64,000 nt of DNA from Planctomycetota bacterium (GTDB lineage: Bacteria; Planctomycetota; B15-G4). The notes under the pieces were generated by a model that saw only the letters and a list, made by a program, of their open reading frames with translations, searched no databases and had not been told where the DNA came from. This document shows, one piece after another, positions 27,401 to 34,598 of this stretch. How positions within the stretch are numbered: position 1 is the stretch's first letter; every line of letters begins with the position of its first letter. The DNA is taken from NCBI GenBank assembly GCA_965248575.1, contig CBDFJQ010000002.1:2816001-2880000 (forward strand), read 5' to 3'. Position numbers and translations under genes: made by a program.

Positions 27401-28468
27401 GTGGAGCGCGGCCCCGCCAGCCATTTCACGAGCCGCTGGGACTTCGGCAGCGGCACCTACCACGTGGAGTTCATGCTGCCCGAGAAGTCGCACACGACAG
27501 TCTGGGTGCAGGGCCGCTACGGCATCGCCCTGTCCGACGACACGCACGGCCTGGAGCAGGGGGCCTCGCCCACGGGCAGCTTGCTTCCCTCCCTCGATCA
27601 ACAGACACCTGCACGGCCGCCGCTCAGCGACACCTACACCGGTGCCGGCCACTGGCATGTGCTGGAGATCGACTTCGAGGCCCCGCAGTTCGAGGCAACA
27701 GGACCAGATGGCTCCACCACCAAGACCAGCAACGCGCGCTTCCGACAGGTGCGCATCGACGGCACGGTGATCCATGAAGACGTGGAGTTCGAGATGCCCT
27801 CGCTGATCGGCCTCACGGGCGAAGTGCCCTTCGGCCCCCTGGTCATCAACGGCCAGCCCGGACCCGTCTCCCTGCGCACCCTGGAATTCAGGCCCGAGCA
27901 CCCGCGCCCGGACTTCAGCACCTGGCCCAACCTGCTGAGCTCAGGGGACCTGAGCGGCTGGACCCTCACCCCTGGCGACACGCCCCCGGATCACGAAGAC
28001 CAAGAGGACTGGGTCGTGGAAGAAGGCGAGCTCATCGGCGAAGGCGTCGCCGGTTGGATCCTCAGCCCCCGGGGCGACTACCGCGACCTCTCGGTGCACG
28101 CCCAGGTCCGCATCAACGACGGCGGCGACGCGGGGCTCCTGCTGCGCGCGAGCGCCGACGAGAATGGCCGGGTGTCTGGATACGAGGCGCAGATCAACAC
28201 GTCCTTCTCGGACCCTTCCCGCACGGGCGGTGTGCACGGGCTCGACCTGGTGAAGGTGCAGCTCGTTCCCGCCGGAACCTGGTTCGACCTGGACGTGAGC
28301 GTGCGGGACGAAGCGGACGGCACCCGGGTGCGGGTGGCGGTCAACGGTGTGGAAACAGCCAACCTCCTCGACCGTGAGCGGAGGTATTCGACGGGTTCCA
28401 TCGCCGTGCAGCAGCACCATGAGGGAGGCGTTGTGCAGCTGCGCGAACTGCGGGTGGACGCGCACTAG
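24419..28468 (+). CDS. Secreted multidomain protein: c-type cytochrome, sugar-dehydrogenase-like beta-propeller, two DUF1080 domains
   Basis: CARCH heme motif with GIPGSPMPSF; LEVGGM...NYHEFAFG...SGFRSPCG...DNQGDW; LSGW...WVVEEG...GYEAQI...GSIAVQQH. Confidence 0.85.
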   Translation: MDPNHGGTPIQSCPAIRRRGASFGLLLLTALAVVLVSLAPLANGQDPSGSAQQDGEPIRASGVLPTDGATLFASLCARCHGLSGDGQGAEVLERPARDFTAGGFSFGNTEEALARTIRHGIPGSPMPSFGEALPPESIAALAAHVRTLTPLAEEATDLETRLMVREHPVVVRGGLPPIAADAPAHPRGLLLGLPGGLSFEYRVNDLALLGVRVGEFARRTDWTGRGGSSLEPLGQLMWLNERGEPGPAMTAESGARASIPLTAQLRSTHTPKTGARIHWDALKADGSVAGSVEEQVFALSTPLGSGFGRRLTVSTRTNGAMVLHHGVSAGEQQATAPLGSRLVLREDGSYEFTAALIENGRAVFVGEREGIALMVPDATDALDVTFVTLFMSEWTPPETGSLHELLSEAVMEATAPRDTVAAATPDGSVQQAAHNTGSQARKALDDSLAADTDITRAEAEHWRVEGLLPPAGAVLEVGGMDWMPDGRLAVSTRRGQIWMVENALAEDPADAHFSLYAEGLQEGLGLNVLEVPDGMGGTRHALYVLQRGELSELRDEDGDGRAESWLRVADGWGLSGNYHEFAFGLPDDGQGHVFISLNVGFLDPEWWLGQSAVPWRGWVLRIDPVTGETIPWASGFRSPCGLGIDSEGRLLLTDNQGDWMASTPVYSVQRDGFHGHPASLNWTPDYREHGLRASLEEPPEATRTPPALWVPYEWSRSAGNLVPLPAAGAFGPFTDQLVMAELTNGHLMRVQLEEVGGVTQGAVIPLRQRLGSVVRTLFAPDGSTLIAGLTNRGWGGLAPDNGLLRVRSTGVPPMEMDRVHLVPGGFEITFTEPVALSVAVDAPETLATIQQYDYDYWWEYGSPERHQTDVLVSTARFSEDRRTLSIEVPELRAAMVARIALHGIVGDSGRPLLHDEVAYTVNQLADGSHTEDQVSKAVPPPPRKQSGKEGWLRLSYGDALDAWDSSGWSLVDAVLDPDDRSRLLVTPGVNALVNVERGPASHFTSRWDFGSGTYHVEFMLPEKSHTTVWVQGRYGIALSDDTHGLEQGASPTGSLLPSLDQQTPARPPLSDTYTGAGHWHVLEIDFEAPQFEATGPDGSTTKTSNARFRQVRIDGTVIHEDVEFEMPSLIGLTGEVPFGPLVINGQPGPVSLRTLEFRPEHPRPDFSTWPNLLSSGDLSGWTLTPGDTPPDHEDQEDWVVEEGELIGEGVAGWILSPRGDYRDLSVHAQVRINDGGDAGLLLRASADENGRVSGYEAQINTSFSDPSRTGGVHGLDLVKVQLVPAGTWFDLDVSVRDEADGTRVRVAVNGVETANLLDRERRYSTGSIAVQQHHEGGVVQLRELRVDAH

Positions 28469-28546
28469 GGGCTGGGTGCTTCACTCGCCTGGGAGCCTTG
28501 GTTGCGGGCGGGGGCTCACGCGCGCCTCGGCGAAGGGCCAGCACAC

Positions 28547-28903
28547 TCACGACTTCAGGGCAGACTCGGCCTTCTCTAGGAGTGCTTGCACCCACTGCCG
28601 GACGGTTTCGTAGAGCTGGTCCAGTTCCGGGATGGTTTCGGGTGAGATGGGGTTGCCGTCTTCGCACGTGTGTTCGGCTTGCTCGAGTGCATCGCCGAAG
28701 GCTCGGGCACCGACGATGCGGCTGTTGGTCTTGAAGGCGTGGCAGACCTTGGAGAAGGCTAGGGGGTCGGTCTCCTTTCGCAGGGTCTCCATGCGCTGAG
28801 CGCTGCTCGTGAGGAAGGACGTGCACAGGGCGACTAGCAGTTCGTTGCCTCCCGCGCTGCGGAGCTCGTCGATCTGGGTCTGGTCGAAGCCCAACGGGTT
28901 CAT
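28547..28903 (-). CDS. Stand-alone Hpt (histidine phosphotransfer) domain protein
   Basis: VCHAFKTNSRIVGA resembles the Hpt HxxKGxSxxxGA motif; ATG 28903 with AGGAG SD. Confidence 0.75.
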   Translation of the reverse strand: MNPLGFDQTQIDELRSAGGNELLVALCTSFLTSSAQRMETLRKETDPLAFSKVCHAFKTNSRIVGARAFGDALEQAEHTCEDGNPISPETIPELDQLYETVRQWVQALLEKAESALKS

Positions 28904-28943
28904 GGATCGCTCGCTCCTGTGGTGCCGTGGCTCGGCGCCCGCA

Positions 28944-30059
28944 CTAGCGCCCGTCCCGAACGCTTTGCTGGCGGCGCTCGACGAAGCTCTCTGCGGCCAG
29001 GAAGTCGGCCCAGGCCTGGGCGATGTGCCGCGCTCCCTCGTCGCTGACGTGGACGTCGTTGGTGAACAACGTGCGCTGCTGGGGGATGGCGCCGTCGATG
29101 TCTGCCACAGGCACCCCTTGCTCCGAGCCCACCTTGGCCAGGATCTCCGCCGCATAGGCCATGCCCTTCAGGTCCACCGGGCGATCCAGGTCCTCCCGGA
29201 ACCAGGCCTGCTGGCCAAAGGCGATCTCCACGCCGTTGGTGCGGCACAGCGCCACCATGTGCTCGAGGTTGCGCCGGAAGTAGTCGAGCCCCTCCAGCTG
29301 CGGGTTGTCCCAGAGGGGCTCCACCACACCGAAGCCCTTGGTCACCCAACTGCCCAACTCCTCCTGCTCGAGGTAGTCGGTGAAGGCGCCGCGCAAGACG
29401 AGGAACAACCGGCTGTTCTCCAGCGCCGTCGTCAGACTGCTCTGCTTGTAGACGGGCCACACTGCGCGCCAGTGGGAGTTGTCCGGCTGGATACCCGGCC
29501 AGCGCCACAAGCGCACATCGTTGATGGAGTGGTAGACGAGAACCATGTCCGGCTGCAAATCGATGAGCCGGATGGCGAGGTTGATCAGGCTTTCATAAGT
29601 GCTGTAGCCGCTGGCCCCCGCGTTGATCACCTCGATCGACACGTTCGGGTGCGCCTTGTCCAACATCTCGGCCAGCTGCATGGGCCAGGTGGTGCTGTTC
29701 GAAGAGGGCCCATGGCCGTAGGTGCTGCTGCCCCCCACGCAGACGATGCGCAAGCTGCCGGGGCGCTTCTCGCGCTGGATCTCCGGGCCGCGGAAACCCA
29801 ACGCGTTGTGGCTCGCCGCGTGCTCGCCGCCCTCCACCGACCAGCCTTTGCGGGGCACATAGGCCAAGTAGGGGTGGGCCTCGTAGCGTGAGTCCGAGAA
29901 GTCGAGCAGCAGGCGCTCGGGGTCGAAGGCGTCCAGCGGCAGCGCGCGCGTGATGACCTCCCCCAGGAGCAGCACGCCCAACAGGGACATCACGACCAGC
30001 GCGCTCCGACTTCTGCGCGCTCGGGACGTCGCGGGCGTACGAGGTTCGGAGTCACTCAT
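28944..30059 (-). CDS. Membrane-anchored SGNH/GDSL hydrolase-family protein
   Basis: TM anchor; HNALGFRG, RIVCVGGSSTYG, EVINAGASGY, HSINDV, FTNDVH. Confidence 0.85.
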   Translation of the reverse strand: MSDSEPRTPATSRARRSRSALVVMSLLGVLLLGEVITRALPLDAFDPERLLLDFSDSRYEAHPYLAYVPRKGWSVEGGEHAASHNALGFRGPEIQREKRPGSLRIVCVGGSSTYGHGPSSNSTTWPMQLAEMLDKAHPNVSIEVINAGASGYSTYESLINLAIRLIDLQPDMVLVYHSINDVRLWRWPGIQPDNSHWRAVWPVYKQSSLTTALENSRLFLVLRGAFTDYLEQEELGSWVTKGFGVVEPLWDNPQLEGLDYFRRNLEHMVALCRTNGVEIAFGQQAWFREDLDRPVDLKGMAYAAEILAKVGSEQGVPVADIDGAIPQQRTLFTNDVHVSDEGARHIAQAWADFLAAESFVERRQQSVRDGR

Positions 30060-30237
30060 GGTGCGCAGATGCTACATCGCCCGGCGGCCCTTCGCCCCCG
30101 TTGAATGGACGTCCCACAAGGGATGCCTTAGCCTAGGCCGCTCAATGGCTGCTCGAGGACGCGCCTGCATGCTCTGAGTGGCGAGCCGGTCCGCGAACGA
30201 GCGAAAGCCGGGCGAGCCCCTTGCCAATGAGTCGCCC

Positions 30238-30438
30238 ATGCACGTGATCTTCGACTTCTTCATCGACCTGATCTTCGAACCACTGGTGATGGCCATGGGG
30301 AATCTGGTGCTCGGCTTCCTGGGGAAGAAGAAGCCCGGCGGGCCAGATCCAAGTGGCCTGCTGGTCGCCTTCACAGGCATTGCCACCTGGGCCCTGCTCG
30401 GGCTCTTGGTCGTCCTCTTCTTCCAGTTCCTCACCTGA
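30238..30438 (+). CDS. Small membrane protein (hypothetical)
   Basis: 66 aa, two hydrophobic segments, host-like codon usage, 9 nt upstream of the DUF1272 gene. Confidence 0.5.
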   Translation: MHVIFDFFIDLIFEPLVMAMGNLVLGFLGKKKPGGPDPSGLLVAFTGIATWALLGLLVVLFFQFLT

Positions 30439-30447
30439 CGCTTTCCC

Positions 30448-30696
30448 ATGCTCGAACTGCGCCCCAACTGCGAGTGCTGCGACAAGGACCTGCCCCCGGA
30501 GTCCGAGGACGCGCGGATCTGTTCCTTCGAATGCACGTTTTGCCGCGACTGTGTGGAGGGCGCCCTGCAAGGCGTCTGCCCTAACTGCGGCGGAGGCTTC
30601 GTGCCCCGGCCCCGTCGCCCGGCACGGCACCTGGCCGAGCACCCGGCATCCCTCAAGAGAGTCCACCGCCAAGGCGGTTGCCCGCCCCATGCCTGA
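30448..30696 (+). CDS. DUF1272 domain Cys-rich protein
   Basis: MLELRPNCECCDKDLPP...ICSFECTFC...CPNCGG. Confidence 0.9.
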   Translation: MLELRPNCECCDKDLPPESEDARICSFECTFCRDCVEGALQGVCPNCGGGFVPRPRRPARHLAEHPASLKRVHRQGGCPPHA

Positions 30697-31291
30697 CGGG
30701 ACGCCTGACGACTCGCTCGACGCGCGCATCCAACGCGCCGTGCGCGAGCTGATCAGCATCGAGCCGTACGACGAGACATACCCCGAGCGCTTCGCCGCCG
30801 AGAAGCAACACTTGCGGGACTGCCTCCCGGCAGAGCTCCTGGGCCGCATCGAACACTTTGGCAGCACGGCGGTGCCGGGCCTCGCTGCCAAACCCATCAT
30901 CGACATGCTCGTAGAAGTCACGAACCTCGAGCAGACCCGCCAACGCATCGCGCCGGTTCTCGAGCAGCAAGGCTACGACTACTTCTGGCGCCCGACTTTT
31001 GGCGACGATGTGCCGCCCTTCTACGCCTGGTTCATCAAGCGTGACCCTGACAGCGGGTTACGCACCCACCACATCCACATGCTGGAGAGCGACTTCCAGG
31101 AGCATTGGGATCGCTTGTTCTTCCGGGATGCCTTGCGCGTGCGGCCCGATTTGGCACGGGAGTACGAAAGGCTGAAGACGTCCTTGGCAGCCTGCTCGCC
31201 GAACGACCGGGTTGCCTACACCGAAGGCAAGACGGAGTTCATCCGGCGCGTGACACGTGAAGCGAAGGCCACGGCCGGCAGCGGTTACTGA
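30689..31291 (+). CDS. GrpB family nucleotidyltransferase-fold protein
   Basis: IEHFGSTAVPGLAAKPIIDML, RTHHIH, FRDALR, YTEGKTEFI. Confidence 0.9.
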   Translation: MPDGTPDDSLDARIQRAVRELISIEPYDETYPERFAAEKQHLRDCLPAELLGRIEHFGSTAVPGLAAKPIIDMLVEVTNLEQTRQRIAPVLEQQGYDYFWRPTFGDDVPPFYAWFIKRDPDSGLRTHHIHMLESDFQEHWDRLFFRDALRVRPDLAREYERLKTSLAACSPNDRVAYTEGKTEFIRRVTREAKATAGSGY

Positions 31292-32445
31292 AACTTCGCC
31301 ATGAACCGCCGGTCGATGCGATCTTTCCAGCGCATGACCCAGAGGCCCGAAAAAGACACGCCCCACTTGGCACCCGCTGCCCGACCGTCGCCCAGGTTGA
31401 GCAACGCCAGGAAATCCTGCTGCGGTGTGTAGGACTGCAAGTCGTTGCGCCCCTCCACCAAGGCGCGCAGGTTGTGCGCCAAGACTGGCCCCATGCGCAC
31501 CGAGTAGACACCTGCCTTGGCGAGGTCTTCATGCCCCACGAGCTGCGCACAATCTCCGGCTGCAAGAAGCGCCGGATGCTGCACGTGCTGAAGAGTCTTG
31601 CCCACGGGAATCCAAGCGCGGGGCGAAAGGGATTCAGCCGGCTCTAGGTGCGAGGCGGCGCCCGTCACCCACAGCACGAGATCTGCGGCGAGGGTCTTCT
31701 GCTCACCGGCATCGGCCGGGCGACAGCTGTCTTCTGCATCGGCAGCCTCCTGCAGCCGGACCCCGGTCGCGGAGACCGCCCTGACCCACATCCCGCGCAA
31801 GACATCGACACCCCGTCGCCGGAGCTCCGCTTGAACCCGGCGCCGTAGGGCCGGCGCACTGCCGGGCAAGAGCATCGCGCTCGAACACACGAGACTGATG
31901 TGGGGCTCGGACCCGGCGGGTTGCCGTGCACGATGCTGGAGGCAGAGCGCCAGCTCCACACCCGCGGCCCCGCCGCCCACGATCACGATGCGCAGCGGAC
32001 GTCCCTCGGCGCTCGCATGGGCTGCCTCGAGCCGCGGGTTCACCTGGGCCACAAAGTCCTTCATGGGGCGCGTCGGCAGGGTGAACTCACGGACCCCTGG
32101 CACCTCCATGCCTTGGACCGTCGACCCGATGTTGAGGGAGCAGTAGTCGTAGGGCAGCGGCTCCCCTTCGGCCCGGAGAACCAGCTTGCGCTCCGGGTCC
32201 AGCCCCACCAGTCGCCCCTGAACGAAGTTCGCGTCCATGCGCTGGGCCCACTGAGCAACGTTGAGGGTCAGTTCCGAAGCTCCGTACTGCCCCGCCACGA
32301 AACCCGGGACCATGCCGGAGTAGAGCGTGCTGGGCTCGTCCGCAAGCACCGTGATGCGGCACGCGGGAGCTGCCCGGGCAAAATCCCGAAAGACCTGCAC
32401 ATGTGCGTGCCCGCCTCCCACCAGCAAGAGATGTGGCGTGGTCAC
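31285..32445 (-). CDS. FAD-dependent pyridine nucleotide-disulfide oxidoreductase (family found as the N-terminal domain of SelD fusions)
   Basis: LLLVGGGHAHVQV, YSGMVPG, IVGGGAAGVELA, AAGDCA, KAGVYSVRMG, WKDRIDRRFM; start set at GTG 32445. Confidence 0.85.
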   Translation of the reverse strand: MTTPHLLLVGGGHAHVQVFRDFARAAPACRITVLADEPSTLYSGMVPGFVAGQYGASELTLNVAQWAQRMDANFVQGRLVGLDPERKLVLRAEGEPLPYDYCSLNIGSTVQGMEVPGVREFTLPTRPMKDFVAQVNPRLEAAHASAEGRPLRIVIVGGGAAGVELALCLQHRARQPAGSEPHISLVCSSAMLLPGSAPALRRRVQAELRRRGVDVLRGMWVRAVSATGVRLQEAADAEDSCRPADAGEQKTLAADLVLWVTGAASHLEPAESLSPRAWIPVGKTLQHVQHPALLAAGDCAQLVGHEDLAKAGVYSVRMGPVLAHNLRALVEGRNDLQSYTPQQDFLALLNLGDGRAAGAKWGVSFSGLWVMRWKDRIDRRFMAKFQ

Positions 32446-32660
32446 GATCAGCCCGAACGGGAAGATGGGGCGGCCCTGCGCGAAACACGGCCTGGTGAGG
32501 GAATGCTGCGCGGCGGGCCGCGCCGCTTCAAGGACTTGCGGCTTCGGGGGGACCCGTCCGTGACGCCGCCGCGGGCCGTGGCGTAGACTCGGCCCCTGAA
32601 AGCTCCCCACGGGACGTAACGCCAGGACGCCCACTCCGTCCACGCTGCCACACTCATCGC

Positions 32661-34598
32661 ATGACTCCTCCCCTGGCACTGCGCGCGGACACAGAAGGCA
32701 TCGAGCGCCGGGAATTGGCGCCTTGGGCCACCTTCTCGGACGAGAGTTGGTCCCGTCCACAGCCCGAGAAGCCCGACCCCTATCGCACCTGCTTCACCCG
32801 CGATCGGGACCGCATCCTTCATTGCGGCGCCTTCCGGAGGCTCAAGGACAAGACCCAGGTCTTCGTCATCGACGAGGGAGACTTCTACCGCACCCGGCTG
32901 ACCCACACCCTCGAGGTGGGCCAGCTGTCGCGCTTCCTGTGCCAGGCGCTGCGGCTGAACGAATCGCTCGGGGAAGTGCTGGCCCTGGTGCACGACATCG
33001 GGCACCCGCCCTTCGGCCACGAAGGCGAGCGCATCCTCAATGCCAGCACCGAGGTGTCGTTCGACCACAACAGCCAGGCCCTGCGCATCGTGGACGTGCT
33101 GGAACGGCCCTATATGGATCGCCGCGGGCTGAACCTCACCCAGGTGGTGCGGCGCATGATCCTCAAGCACGGAGGCGAAGCGGGGCGCGGTGCCGAGCCC
33201 ACCCGACGCCACGTGCTGGAAGCCCAGGTGGCGGACCTTGCCGACAGCACCGCTTACCAGCATCACGACATCGAGGACGGCTTACGGGCCGGCATCCTCA
33301 CCCCGGGGGAGCTCGCCACCACGAGCATCTGGACCCAGGCCGTGGAGGAGATCGGCGGCCTCTCCGAGGGCCCCCAAGGCACCAAGCGCATCTTGAACCA
33401 CATGCTCAAGACCTCGCTCTACGATGTGATGAAGGAATCGGCGCGGCGGATCGACGACTCGGGCATCCAGAGCCAGGCCCATGCGCTCTCCCACCCGGAG
33501 CGCCTCGTGGCCTACAGCCCCGAGCGCGCCCAGCAGCACACAGAGCTCGGGCGCTTCCTCTACACGTGCTACTACCGCCACCCGCGCGTGTTGCGCAGCG
33601 CTGCCAGCGCTCAGCAGGCCATCGCCCTGATCATCGACCACTACGCCGCCCACCCGGCCGAGTTGCCGTTGGACTACCGCGACCGCATCGATGAAGACGG
33701 CATCCAGCGCACCCTCTGCGACTACGTGGCCGGCATGACCGACCGCTACGCCGTCGAGCAGTGGCGACGTCTGTCTGCCGCGCGTTCGCTCGTGCACCTG
33801 GCGCTGGGGCCCCTCGATGAAGAGACGGCCACCCGGGTCACCACCCTCGAGGAGGTGGTGGGCTACCAGTTCCGGGACAAGACCCTCGCGGCCAACGCCC
33901 TGACCCACTCGTCGGCCCGCTCCGACGACCGCCCGCCCAACGAGCGGCTCGAGTTCCTGGGGGACTCGGTGTTGGGCCTCGTCATCGGGCAGGAGCTCTA
34001 CCTGCGCTACCCCGACCGCCCCGAGGGCGAGCTCTCGCGCATGAAGAGCATCTCGGTCAGCCGCAACGCCTTGCAGACGGTGGCCAACCACTGGGGTCTC
34101 GCCGAGCTCATGTTGTTGGGCCCGGGTTTCCGCAAGCCCGAGGACGCCCCGCCCTCCGTCCCCGCTGACGGCGTCGAGGCCGTGCTGGGGGCCATCTTCC
34201 TGGACGGGCACCTCGAGCCGGCCCGGCGAGTGATCCTGGCGGAGTTCCTGTCCATCGTCGAAGCCGCCGCCGAGGGGCGCCGGGGCCGCAACAGCAAGTC
34301 CGAGCTGCAGACCTTCACCCAGGCCGAGCTGGGCTGCACGCCCCACTACCAGGTGTTGGCCGAAGAGGGCCCCGACCACCGCAAGACCTTCACCGTGGCG
34401 GCCGTCGCCCAAGAGGTGAAGTTGTCCGTGGCCACAGGCCGAAACAAGCGCCAGGCGGAGCAACGGGCCGCCCGCGAAGCACTGAGCATGTTGATCTCCG
34501 CGCGCGAGGGGCACGTCCCGCCACCCGAAGGCCTGGATGCGCTGTGGAAGGTCCAACCCGGCACGACTGACGAGGCGACGAGTGCCGAAGAGCCCTGA
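32661..34598 (+). CDS. Fusion of deoxyguanosinetriphosphate triphosphohydrolase (Dgt, HD domain) and ribonuclease III
   Basis: RDRDRILH, KTQVF, RTRLTHTLEV, HDIGHPPFGH, DYVAGMTD; then ALTHSS, NERLEFLGDSVL, ADGVEAVLGA and dsRBD KSELQ...GPDHRKTF; no stop at the junction. Confidence 0.92.
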   Translation: MTPPLALRADTEGIERRELAPWATFSDESWSRPQPEKPDPYRTCFTRDRDRILHCGAFRRLKDKTQVFVIDEGDFYRTRLTHTLEVGQLSRFLCQALRLNESLGEVLALVHDIGHPPFGHEGERILNASTEVSFDHNSQALRIVDVLERPYMDRRGLNLTQVVRRMILKHGGEAGRGAEPTRRHVLEAQVADLADSTAYQHHDIEDGLRAGILTPGELATTSIWTQAVEEIGGLSEGPQGTKRILNHMLKTSLYDVMKESARRIDDSGIQSQAHALSHPERLVAYSPERAQQHTELGRFLYTCYYRHPRVLRSAASAQQAIALIIDHYAAHPAELPLDYRDRIDEDGIQRTLCDYVAGMTDRYAVEQWRRLSAARSLVHLALGPLDEETATRVTTLEEVVGYQFRDKTLAANALTHSSARSDDRPPNERLEFLGDSVLGLVIGQELYLRYPDRPEGELSRMKSISVSRNALQTVANHWGLAELMLLGPGFRKPEDAPPSVPADGVEAVLGAIFLDGHLEPARRVILAEFLSIVEAAAEGRRGRNSKSELQTFTQAELGCTPHYQVLAEEGPDHRKTFTVAAVAQEVKLSVATGRNKRQAEQRAAREALSMLISAREGHVPPPEGLDALWKVQPGTTDEATSAEEP

